DNA of 63,495 nt, counting the filler, from Reticulomyxa filosa (taxonomy: Eukaryota; Protista; Foraminifera), in the NCBI GenBank assembly GCA_000512085.1. It is 16 parts of 16 records of this genome, joined end to end, with 100 filler letters (N's around TTAATTAATTAA, not from the genome) between each part and the next. Parts side by side here need not be neighbours in the genome. Positions count along the whole stretch, not along the records: positions 50,451 to 53,035 come from ASPP01025804.1; positions 53,136 to 54,309 come from ASPP01014355.1; positions 54,410 to 58,081 come from ASPP01048418.1; positions 58,182 to 62,248 come from ASPP01007933.1; positions 62,349 to 63,495 come from ASPP01016510.1; 11 more parts are not named here. One strand, given 5' to 3'. Every line of letters starts with the position of its first letter. The first letter of the stretch is position 1. Both the position numbers and the translations under genes were made by a program. This document shows, piece by piece, positions 52,161-63,495 of this stretch. The notes beneath the pieces were generated by a model. The model ran no database searches, had not been told where the DNA came from, and saw only the letters and a list, made by a program, of their open reading frames with translations.

Positions 52161-52968
52161 ATGTCTTCTATTTGGGAAGGTACTGAAAAATTCCGTCTAG
52201 TTTTATTGGGCGGAGGTCATACAAATACCCAGGTGTTGAAATATTTCAGACGAGAGAATGTACCAAAGCACATTGAATTAATTTTGGTCTCGGACTATGA
52301 AAGCGCTTTTTATTCTGGTTTGTGTCCAGCTGGAGTTGCAGAAATGTGTGAAGAGAAAGACTTTTCGATTGAGTTTTGTATTTGCAATTCATATTGTGTG
52401 CAAGGTGTATATTTGAGAGCATTGATCAAGATTGCACTTTTTATATGTATGTATGTTTTGGGGGGGGGATTGATCGATCAACAACAGTTTATTAAATTGC
52501 AGCAAAGCACTTGGATGGGAATTTATCCAGTGCCAAGTGACAAAAATCGAAGCTTCGAAACAGAAAATAACTGGCCAAACGAGTGATAAAAAGCAACTCA
52601 CAATAAAGTACGACCTACTTTGTGTGGACATTGGCTCGAGAAATGTCGGACATGCATTGCCGGGTGTGCAAGAATACAGCGTCGGCACTCGGCCTCTAAA
52701 ACAACTTTTGCAAAAAATAGACTCGAAATTGAGCCAATGTCTTGAGGACATCAACAAGCAGTCGATCATAATTGTGACCGTCGGAGGTGGCGTGGCAGGT
52801 TGCGAACTGACCATGTGCATGTTGGCTCGCGTGCAAAACAGAACACGGCAACGTAAGGACTTCCAAGTCCACTCCATTGTTGTCACAAACAAAGATGGAG
52901 TCTGTGCAGACGAACCCGAGTCTTTAAGAGAAGCTGTCACCAAAGTCATGCTCGAAAAAAAATTGAGG
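52161..52968 (+). CDS. Pyridine nucleotide-disulfide oxidoreductase-like domain of the type found N-terminal to SelD in fusion proteins, 3' partial
   Basis: RLVLLGGGHTN..VL, FYSGLCP, YDLLCVDIGS, TVGGGVAGCEL; intron 52373-52487 gives in-frame SIDLLNCSKALGWEFIQ. Confidence 0.7.
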
Positions 52969-53135
52969 TATTTTATGTTTATCGTTATTATTGTTATTAA
53001 TATTTACAAATGGATACAATAAAATAATAATAAGANNNNNNNNNNNNNNNNNNNNNNNNNNNNNNNNNNNNNNNNNNNNTTAATTAATTAANNNNNNNNN
53101 NNNNNNNNNNNNNNNNNNNNNNNNNNNNNNNNNNN

Positions 53136-53762
53136 AAATCATTACATGTTTTCAATGGACATGAAAGAACTGTTTGGTGTGTTGATATTTCACCATTACA
53201 AAGCAATAATAACAATGATAATAATAAAATAAATGATATTGGTGTGATTGGTGGAAATGGATATACAATTTGTTCTGGCTCACATGATAAAACCATTCGA
53301 ATATGGGATATCGAAACAACAAAACAACTCAATGTACTCAAAGGACATAGACATTTTGTGAGGAGTGTAAAATATGGATTAAATGAATTGTTAAATACAA
53401 TATTATCTGGATCAAATGATAAAAGTGTTCGTTTATGGGATATTCGATCTGGTCAACAAATTCAAGTGTTCAATGGACATACAAATGTTGTGACGTGTGT
53501 GGAATATTCACTATTTGTAATAAAGAATGATATTAGTAATTCAAATGTGATATGTTCTGGATCAGATGATAATACAATTCGATTTTGGGATATTCGATCA
53601 AATAAGAATGAATTGTATATGATTAAAGGAGATGAGAAAGATAATGGAATAATTTGTATTAAATTTGTTGTATTGAAAAAGAAAGACAAGATGAAGAATA
53701 TTGCATATGATTTAAATTTGTGTTATGGTTCAGACAATGGTACCGTTCGTTTTTGGGGATAA
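53136..53762 (+). CDS. WD40 repeat protein C-terminus, same family as 29744-31948
   Basis: IGVIGGNGYTICSGSHDKTIRIWDIETTKQL..CYGSDNGTVRFWG*. Confidence 0.9.
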   Translation, partial: KSLHVFNGHERTVWCVDISPLQSNNNNDNNKINDIGVIGGNGYTICSGSHDKTIRIWDIETTKQLNVLKGHRHFVRSVKYGLNELLNTILSGSNDKSVRLWDIRSGQQIQVFNGHTNVVTCVEYSLFVIKNDISNSNVICSGSDDNTIRFWDIRSNKNELYMIKGDEKDNGIICIKFVVLKKKDKMKNIAYDLNLCYGSDNGTVRFWG

Positions 53763-54913
53763 TTTACGGTTTTGTCGAATAATAAATGAAATTTTTTGAA
53801 AATTTTGACTAAAAGAAAACTAAGTTATTATGAAACTTGTTTGATTTGATTGAATGCAAGTATTGAAAGATGTGTTTTATTTTACTTTTTGTAAAAATAT
53901 TGAAAAAGTTATTTTCAAGGTTTTTAAGGCATTCAAAAGCGTAACTAATGAAAATTGTATTCAAATATCAAAATAAATTGCAAGATATATCAAGTATTGT
54001 GTTTTCTTCATTGCAAATCAATATTAATTTTTTGATAGTGTTTTTTTATCTATTTGCCATTGTTTTTTGTATAGTAGCGAACACTCAAAACAGGATAAAG
54101 TTAAAGGGCAACAGTGTACATTATCAAAAGCACACTTTTTCCTGAAGTAAGACACGAATGCCAAACACTTTGAGTTTTTCCAAATACTTCATTTCATTGA
54201 TAAACCAGTTTGAGTGTCTACTTTTAAAATATAATGTTTCACATGGATATACATTTTATTTTATTGAGTAAATAGTTTGTCTAAAAATTGAATGAGCAAT
54301 TATGAAAATNNNNNNNNNNNNNNNNNNNNNNNNNNNNNNNNNNNNNNNNNNNNTTAATTAATTAANNNNNNNNNNNNNNNNNNNNNNNNNNNNNNNNNNN
54401 NNNNNNNNNTTGTTGAGTTGAGTAGACATGTCAGAGGTACTTTTTTTTTTTTTTAAGTGTTCTGACAGTCCCTTTTGTTTAGAACGAATATTTGGACGCG
54501 AAAAATTGACAAGCCACTTGGAAATGATGGAACGTTTGTATTTTCAACAAATAATAATAATTTTGAAATTGATTTATTAAAATCTTGTTTGATTAGATGA
54601 ATAATGATTTGCAGATTTGTTGTTGAATTTCTTTGGATTCTTTCTTTCTTGCTAAACAAAATTACAACGGTAAAGAAACAAAAGTATTGGCAAAAGATTA
54701 ATTATTTCGTTGTGCTGAAAGAAAAAAGGAAAAGGAATTGACTATTGAGGCAGGGGAGGGAGGTGAAAGAATAAATGTATGAATAGAAAAATAAAAAGTT
54801 GTTTGGGAAAATGAAATTATTTGCATTTGGTTTGCTGATGTATCAAATTGAATCGCAATGATAATGATATCATTTTTGACGCATTGAATAAATTAATAAA
54901 TTATGTAATAAAC

Positions 54914-56156
54914 AGGCCAGTGAATGGGGTTACTCATATCATCAATTAAAATGGAATTATGGAAATGAAGATATTGCATATCCTTGTTCAAATAGCAATG
55001 TTTTACAACATTTAAATGATGAAAATTCATACAAGGGTCATTACAGTGTTCGTCATGAAGCAGTAAAATCAGGAGATTTGTCGCAATTGAAACTTATATT
55101 CAGAATAATACTCACATTGGCATAAATGATTCATGCAATGAATATCGACAAACTCCATAGCATTTGGCAATCAACAACAAACATTGAGATGTCGCACGGT
55201 ATTGCATTGAAAAAGGAGTATGGATTGATGTCAGAGAGTCTGTCAATGCTTCCATTTTGAGAAGTCTTTTTGAAAATCTCATGGAATTGATTATGAAATA
55301 CAAAAACGACAAAAATAATAAGGAGCATTTAGATGCAATGAACATATGCAAATAGATATCAAAATAACAAATCATATATCCAATGAAGAGAATTGAATAT
55401 GCAATGGATTATGTGAAAGATAAATTGGTTGATAAAGATGGTATTATCAAATCCATTGATGAAGAGAGTTACGGAGTTATGAAACATCATTGCAAGAAGG
55501 TGCGACTTTGAAACAAAAAGGAAGAAATTTCATTGTATCAAGAGATACAACATTTGAGCAAGTATATGAAAAAGGAATGAAAGAATTACAAGTGCAATTG
55601 ACAACTTATTGGGATTATGTTATCACTCAAGAATTTAAACATAAATGTCCAGGTTTGATTGAAGATTGGAGTTGCAATGTGGTGGATCGTTTGATGAATA
55701 TGAAAACAATTTCATCAAACAAATGTAATGAAATGAGTTTGGCAGTTGGTAATAAAGATCATTGCATTTACTTGAGTTTGGATAATCGGTGGCGAAAACA
55801 GTTTCATCGAATACAACTCATCCAAAGAATGAAAGTGATTTGATACAACTCTATTTAGTTGCATTTTTTCAATGGAATGATCCAAACATTGACCAGGTTC
55901 CCAGTCACTCAGAATTGATGAAACAATTGAAAATTCCATGTGAAGAGGTGTATAATGGAATAGCAGTGGAACAAGCACTTGTTGCAAAGCAAATACCCAC
56001 ACCATTCAAACAGGAGCATTTTATCGTCGTGATGCGTCCACTAATCAACTTTTATTCAATTGTGTCTTAATTCAATAGAACGAGTCCATTTTTATCGATT
56101 TTATAAGTCCAAAATTTATTAACGATTTCAAAGAAATTGATAAGAAATTGGTTTGA
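54914..56156 (+). pseudogene. Ankyrin-repeat protein pseudogene
   Basis: HEAVKSGDLSQLKLI, then YRQTP*HLAINNKH*DVARYCIEKGVWIDVR with in-frame stops; further frameshifts downstream. Confidence 0.65.
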
Positions 56157-58181
56157 GTTTATTTTGACACTCATATGCTTCATTGTCAAGTCATCCCTTC
56201 TTTGTCTCCGGTTTCTTAAATTGAACATCCATTTGGAAGAATAATTATTGTTTTTTGTTTAAACTTAAGTATTTGAATTTGAAATAAAATATAAAAGTTG
56301 GTGTGCTTTTCGTCCAACAGCTTGTTTAATACATTTTATCATCACAGTCAATTTTGAAAGTAAAGAGTCAACACGGTAATTAAGAGTGTAAATGAAAATA
56401 CTGATTATCATACTTTTCTTTCTTTTCATTCAGTTAAAAAAAATCATCCTTTTCATTTAATTTATTCAACGTCAAATCAACCAACAAATGTTCACTATCC
56501 CCAAATACAAATCAAACTACTACATGAACCATAACATAAATTAATACCACAACCAGTGTCATAATTACTTTTTCCCTTTTTCTCGCTCTTTTAATTGTGA
56601 AAACTTAACACAAATTATTCACTATCTTCATTACCTTTGATCACATACAATTGATTTTTATTTGATCGAATATCCCAAAAACGAAGAATATCTTGATTTT
56701 TTTATACTTGGTCGTGTCTCCACTGGGTACGTAAGCTCTTGCTTTTTGCAATCAATCAATCAATGTGCGTGTCAATGGAGCCTTAAATAATCAGGCATCT
56801 TTCATCGCAATGACCCAATACAAAACTCCGATTCTCTTTCTGCTTCGCTATCTGCGACTATATTTGTACTTGCTTGGAGGATCACATTTCACTTCTGCTT
56901 GTAGGCTTAGTTTTTGTGTTAATATCCGCAGAAACTTTGAATATTTGAGCCAATGTCTTTACGTCCGTGTTTTCAACGAGTTGTTTGTTTTCTTTTTTCG
57001 TTATCGAGCTATTGAATGATCGAATTCACGTTGTTGAATGGAGCTATTCTTTCAGAGACACTTCTTTCCGTAAATATTAGTTCTTTTCCATTTTAACAGA
57101 ATTTATTTGAGTTGGCTTGTCTACCAGGCAATGCGGCAGCTGAATGCATTTGATTCTTCATTGTGGCTCCAATGCTTGCATTCTATTCCGTGTTTTAGAG
57201 GAAAAACAACAAACACAAATAATTTAAATTTGCTTACAATACTTTGAGCAAGTTTTGCTGCTAACCAATTTGATAGCACACAAGCAAACAAATAAATATT
57301 TTTAAAAAGCGTTCGGATAAATTAGAAATGAAGACAAAACAGTTGTTTTGCAATTGCATTTGAATATCTTTTTTTAATCAATAAAGCAAATAATAATAAA
57401 CAATCCAATCATCTCCTTTCTAATATTGCTCAACGACGATGACCGGTTTATTGTATCCGAAAAACGATTTGACCATGATTTCAATATTTTCATCACTCTT
57501 GGTGTGTGACATCGGAAGTGCATACTACATAATTGCAGTACATATTGAGGTATATAACATCAATATTCAATCAACAGGACATTTTCACATAATTAATTTT
57601 GGGATTGAAAGTAATGTCCATTGCTATTTGTGTTTGAATTTCATATATACCATCCATCCGACACCTTCAAGATTTATTGCGTCGATTCTCTCATCCAAAT
57701 TGTTTCTGCGTGTTATCTCTTTCATTTCTTTTGATTGTGCAATATAATCACAAACTACACTTTTGATATGTAATTGTGACAAGCACCAAGAGAAAACCGA
57801 GTTGGATAACAACACGCTCTGTCAATAGATATGGACTCATGTTGTCTCCTTCATCCTCGATGTGACGGCGATGCAATTGTTACTTGCTCACGAGATACCA
57901 ATTTGCCAATTTGCTAATAGGCTTCAGAAATTGCTAAGCCTGATTCCAATCTCTCTGTTTGCCGGACGTTGTTGCATGTAATTGCATCCAAATAGTATCC
58001 CAGCAGTGCCTTTACCCAATAACACGCTTATCCGGCGATGATGACGTCGATACATTGGAAGCCTTATTATAATAAGTTGGTNNNNNNNNNNNNNNNNNNN
58101 NNNNNNNNNNNNNNNNNNNNNNNNNTTAATTAATTAANNNNNNNNNNNNNNNNNNNNNNNNNNNNNNNNNNNNNNNNNNNN

Positions 58182-58213
<32 letters not shown>

Positions 58214-58214
<1 letters not shown>

Positions 58215-59160
58215 GAAACAGACAGAATGGACGAAGATGATCTTCCCGACAGAAACATGGAATCAACGAACGCGTTGTCAATCGGAGAATGGTGATCAGC
58301 ATGGAATTGATCGGTGTAATGAAGCAGGGACAACAGGTCGTTCAAGTTAACCTCCAACGGGTACGAGGAATAGTCCTGTGGACTCGAGTACTGGATAGGG
58401 AAGCGACCGTCGCAGGATGATGACGGATCATGTGCATTACATGGTAGCATATGTCCTCCTTCGGGCTGTGCGTGAATGTGCGATGGCTCACTGCAAGCCA
58501 TGCATTCGGCCAATTCGATACTCCCTCGGATTTGGTATTCATTTACTCGCAAAAATGTGTCCATTTCACAAATCGCACACCCTTTGCAATTCGTTGGACT
58601 ACTTAGGTTCTTTTCGCAATGTTCCGTTGTCCGAGACTTTGGTACATTGGTTTCGATCGCTTTCGCATCCTTTGCTGTCCAAGGCTTTATGTGCCCATTG
58701 TCAAATCCATTCTCGTTCCCGTTCCAACTTACATGCATGCTACTATCTGTGTCCTCACTTTGTCCGGCTGCACTTCCTATCGATTTGTGGTCCGCGTCCA
58801 ACGGCTCGTCCAACAATATCTTGTTCAGTAAGTCTGTCCCGTTCCGCACTCTTTCTGCCGTGTCCAGATTATGTAACCTGTTGTTAGTAATGAAATCTTG
58901 TGACAAATGCCATTCAGAAAAGTCCATGTCACAAAAATCTGAATTGCTATTGTCTCTTTTACAAAAGTTTCTTTGAAACTTAGCGCTTTTTTTTTCCTCC
59001 CTCTTGCGGTCGGTGTTTTTTTTGCCAAGTATGATCCGAAAACGCTAAAGGAGTCCTTTTCTAGCTTAGAAACCGTTGCTACAAATTCGATATTCAGTGG
59101 ATGTAAAAGAGAACCCATTTGCAGGCGAGACAGATCTTGCGATAACCAGCGACTTAACAA
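58214..59160 (-). CDS. Hypothetical protein exon(s), partial
   Basis: ORF 58130-58927 has coding-like composition and runs into a T-rich intron at the contig end. Confidence 0.4.
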
Positions 59161-59399
59161 AACTATTTATGAAATAAATGCGATAGGACATTTTGATCTT
59201 TTTTTGATTGTTGGTGTTTGCATAAGAATAAAATCATGCGATGTTGTTTAAGGTGAAGTGAAAGTTTGTTGTGATACATACAACGTCTTCTTCGATTTAT
59301 AAATTTTTTGACAATCTCCCTCTTTAATTTCATATTTCAAAATATTATCGGCCAAAACCTAAACTAGACTAGCCAAGAAATTTCAGAAGGTTTTGGTTT

Positions 59400-60557
59400 T
59401 CACAAGAAAACATAAGCTCCGGAAAAATGATAAAATTTTTGAAGAATAATTTTATTTGTGAGATATCACAATAATCTTCACAGTCAGATAGTATCTATCA
59501 GAACATGAAACAAGTGAATTTCCATCTGATGAAAAATCCAGTTCCCGATTATTTCCTTCTAATACTTGAAATTCTTTATATCACATAGACCGGTTGTATC
59601 ATTTGAGAATAATGCAAGAGCTTGACTATCGCGTGAACATGTTACAAATTCTCTGCATCGCGAACGATAGAGAGAGATATTTGAAATATGGTTTACCGCT
59701 TCAAATTTAAAATACAAGTTCTCTCGTATTCTAAATCGAAAATAACACAAATGCCATCTGGAGAAAATTGTGTTGATGTAACATTTCCTAGAAGATTGAT
59801 GAATTTCGCTACGTAGTTCCCACATTCAACATCCACAACGATAATACCATATTCAAGATCTCCAAATATAACTTGCATACCATTGGAAGAAAAATGAGAG
59901 CACATTTGCGGTTGAAAGTAGTTCAAATGTTGTAAGTACTTCACTCGAATAGAATCTGTTGAAAGTGCCTTACTTCCATCTAATGATGCATCGACACCCC
60001 ATGAATGTCCTTGAAGTCTCGTTAGCTCTCTTTCCGATTTTGTGTCCCATAATCGTATTGTTTTGTCATTCGAACATGAAATAACCATTTTGTCATCTTG
60101 TGAAAACTGAGCACAGTAAATACAATCGGAAATGTCCTTCCAATGTTTGAACACAATACCCCATATTTGAATAATGTTATCTGCTGATGATAAAATACCT
60201 ATAGGTCCATCATTTAAATATTTGATATTGATCAGGCCACCAAAATATCCATGATATTCATTTAATGGCTTGAAATATTTTCTTTTTTTTTTTTTTGGAG
60301 AAAATATCAATTTCAAAAAAAAAAAAAAAGATAACCAAAAAATATCGTGAAATGATCAAAGTATTGTCAACCCAATTCAAATGAACCAACATATCTCTAA
60401 TCCAATGTCTAATTATCTTCTCAATCCAAGAATTGATTTTCAATTTTTTTTAAATTAATATTTTGTTGTAATTCCAGTTTGGTATCTTCTATCTCTAATT
60501 TCTCTTCCTCTTCTTTCTTTCATTGTTTCTATTTTTCTGTTTCTTTTCCTAGCCATC
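59400..60557 (-). pseudogene. Degenerate WD40 repeat gene
   Basis: CAQFSQDDKMVISCSNDKTIRLWDTKS..LQGHSWGV; internal deletions, frameshifts and stops; N-terminal IIRHWIR..LNWVD motif. Confidence 0.65.
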
Positions 60558-60631
60558 TTTTTACCTCTGTTTTCAGATGGTAAGATGTTTTCTTCTGTTA
60601 CTTCCCCCAATGATATGTATAATACTATTTA

Positions 60632-60925
60632 TCACCACGCACCCCCCCCCCACATAACTGCCCAATTGTATTTGCATATCCATTCAAATTTCGTCCACGT
60701 ATTTTCCTTTATTGAATATTTATGAATCGTATCAATACAACACAACACTGAACTTCCTCCAAAAAATAAGATATTATCATCAACATTCACATATACATAA
60801 CCATACAAATATTTCATTGTTGTACAAACTTGTACTTTGTTATATTGAAACATGTTACTGTCTTCATCATATTCAACTGACAACCAGTACTTTTAAAAGT
60901 AGCAGCGGTGTAATACGAAAGTTAC
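60632..60925 (-). pseudogene. Isolated kelch-repeat fragment
   Basis: YGYVYVNVDDNILFFGG..IHKYSIKENTWTKF with no surrounding intact gene. Confidence 0.45.
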
Positions 60926-61442
60926 TTCTGAGAGAAATTTCAGTAAATACAAAAACGAATTAAATAAATAAAGCAACAAAGGGCAAAACAAGCAAGAAGA
61001 GGAAAGTTGTTTAACAAAAGTAAATGAAGAAAGCTTTATGTCAAAAAGTTCCAAAGTCCTCAGAGTTTGACACACGAGTGTCAATTTTAAGAAAACAAAT
61101 TATCATTTTGTATACAGTAGGAGGCAAAATTGAAAAATTTTTAGCCATTTTGATCACTACTTGTGGCATTTTTAGTCCGGAAAACCTGTCATTTTTTTTA
61201 GAGAAATAAATGGAGTCAAAATAATTTCCCAAATCTTGTCTTTGATTTGCTGGTTCTAAAAAAACTAAGCGTTTTGGAAGGAGTAAAACTTCTCGATATG
61301 AGTCAATTAATTTTGAACAATTCAATCTTAAAAATTCAAATAATGAATGTCCACTGACTTTCAGTATATATTTGTAAAATACTGCACCGGGGTATTTTTG
61401 ACTAAAAAAAAGGGGGATAAAAATCAGAGTATTAACAAAATA

Positions 61443-62069
61443 ATGCTAATGTTTGTACCAGAAGAAAATAAATGTAAAACCATATCGCTTGAAGAATGTT
61501 ACAACAAGGAATGGGTAACTTTCCTGGATGAACAACTACTCTTAAAGAATTTTCAGTGTCTGTTATGCAAAGAAGTTGCTAATAACGCAATGGAATTAAT
61601 TTGTAACGATCACGAAGATCAAAAAGACGCCTTGGTTGTCGGTGGACAATGTTTAATGCGGTACTTAAATGAGCACAATGGCGAATGCCCTGTTGGAAAC
61701 CATGGTCTTTGTAACTATGTAAGGGGGAAAGCAGTGAGAAATTTTGTTGATGAATTAGTTGTGATTTGTCCCCGACAATTTATGAGCCAAGAGACTGAAA
61801 AGGCAAATGTCGAGATGGAAGAAGGTACCAAAATAACAAGAGGAGGTCCGAAAGTGAAACACGGATGTACATTTAAAGGAAAAATAAAAGAAATGAAAAA
61901 TCATTTGGAACGCTCGTGTCAGTTGAAGCCTTCGGAATGTAAATTCAAAGAATTTGGCTGTAAGGATTTGCTATTCGAATTCAATGCCGAACAACATTTG
62001 CAATCGCAAATGAAGAGACATATGGATTTATTGTTGGCCTATATTAATGTATTGCAGCAAAATGAGATG
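61443..62069 (+). CDS. RING-like/TRAF-type zinc finger protein, first exon (third paralog)
   Basis: CYNKEWV..CLLCKEVANNAMELICNDH..GGQC..CPVGNH, VICPRQF, CTFKGKI..HLERSC..CKFKEFGC. Confidence 0.82.
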
Positions 62070-62348
62070 GTAAATTTTGGAAACTTGGTGTTTTTTTTTT
62101 GTTTTTTTTTTTTGGTTTGAAAAACAGAGTTTATAAATAGGGCTTTTAATCAAAAGAAGAGGGTTGAATATTTTGTGTTTTGTGTGATATCAATTTTATG
62201 AAATAACATAATAATAATAACAATAATAATAATAATAATAATAATAATNNNNNNNNNNNNNNNNNNNNNNNNNNNNNNNNNNNNNNNNNNNNTTAATTAA
62301 TTAANNNNNNNNNNNNNNNNNNNNNNNNNNNNNNNNNNNNNNNNNNNN

Positions 62349-62378
<30 letters not shown>

Positions 62379-62380
<2 letters not shown>

Positions 62381-63495
62381 GTCATAGACATCAAATGGTC
62401 AAAAGCAAAGAACACATCAGAACAATTGACACTGTTCAAGATTGGCACACTGCCCAGCTCATCGGAGGAAAAAACGCAAGAGGTGGATTTGCTCAATGTA
62501 AAAAACGAGCAAAATATGACGTTTGATAACTTGCAGTACACGGATGAGTCGAGCGACAGTGGCGAGGGTGGCTTTCGAACAGACACTCATAGCATCACGC
62601 CCGACGGTGGAGAGCAGATGCTAAGCATGAATGTTTGCGTGAACGACGAGCCGTCCTTGCCGCCTATCAACCCTATGCCTTCTTGTGACACGTCAAGTGA
62701 CGAAGATGCGTTTCCTCGTGTGCCCATGCTCCCTTCGGTCAATACCAGCTTTGCGAATTTCGTCTCTTTTCCTAGTCTCTTCGGTCCAGAGAATATGCAC
62801 TTTGGAATGAATCAGCCCATGTTTGATGTGGATATAAATCAAATGATGGATGTGGATTCCCAATTGAAAGAGATTATTGAACAAGGCAATGAAAGCAGTT
62901 TGTTAATATATAAATTTATGTGTGTGTTGTTTTTTTTTTTTTTTTTTTTTTAAAAATTAAAAAAAATAACAAAAAAAAAAAAAACAAAAAGAGTTTGAAG
63001 AAATAATGAAATGGAAATATAATTGGTGGGCGGTGATGGGAGGACAATGCAACGGATTTGATGGTACGTATTGGCATATGATCGGCTATTATCAAAGACT
63101 TGGAATATACAAACACTTGGAAAAGATGTATTCCGCAAGAGAGGTGTGTATTGAATTTTTGAGGAATGATTCGCAACGTGAAGGCAAAAGTCCGTTTCAA
63201 ATGGCCTGTTCCACTAGTGGTGAGAACTTGACGTACCACGTACTGACGCAATTGTTCGACAGTAACAATCACTTCACTTATTATCACCAACACCAAGATT
63301 TCAAAGAGAAAGACAGCATCGCAGACATGTGTAAAAAATTAATCCTTCGTCATTCGGATTGGCTCGGTCATACTACCTTCATCGATTTGATTCGTTTTGA
63401 AAAGGTCCATTGTTTGAAACTGCTGTTATCCAATTTGTCCAAATTGCCATCATTGCTGAGCATTAAAGATTTTCAAAAACCTTGTGTTCAACAAA
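62379..63495 (+). CDS. Protein with divergent ankyrin-like repeats, partial at both ends
   Basis: Exon to 62897, intron 62898-62991, then a frame open to the window end that the ORF track omits, containing GTYWHMIGYY, GKSPFQMAC and GHTTFIDLIR..CLKLLL. Confidence 0.5.

Noticed and set aside
54914-55260. Stop-codon reassignment explaining in-frame stops
   Set aside because: Intact genes here terminate at TAA or TGA and lack internal stops; the stops co-occur with frameshifts, indicating decay
57400-58081. Possible methyltransferase pseudogene
   Set aside because: The resemblance is limited to a few residues across broken frames and cannot be supported without a profile search

Overview
This window is a concatenation of 16 short, unlinked contigs joined by artificial 100-nt spacers (44 N + TTAATTAATTAA + 44 N), so adjacency across spacers means nothing. 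Fifteen contigs come from an AT-rich, intron-containing eukaryote. Its expanded 'IGVIGGNGYTICSGS' WD40 family, TRAF-type zinc-finger proteins and many pseudogenes resemble the foraminiferan Reticulomyxa filosa (inference, not a search result). These contigs encode a coiled-coil protein, a type-I membrane protein, a DUF4286-like protein, a K2P channel, a TBC Rab-GAP, RING/TRAF-WD40 proteins, a kelch protein, UXS1, TTP-like CCCH and C2H2 zinc-finger proteins, FAD oxidoreductases and a PI4-kinase. Three loci stand out. (1) A near-intact APE-RT-RNase H LINE at about 12077-18425, with a +1-split ORF1, an ORF1/ORF2 overlap and a long 3' stem-loop before poly(A). (2) A decayed, 5'-truncated CRE/R2-group restriction-endonuclease retrotransposon at about 20224-21656, which the ORF track shows only as unrelated fragments. 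It sits in a ~175-bp tandem repeat with an apparent ~52-bp target-site duplication. (3) A GC-rich bacterial contig (44183-46101) with a type III CBASS operon (CD-NTase, HORMA, partial TRIP13) and the start of a divergent CapW/BrxR-like regulator.
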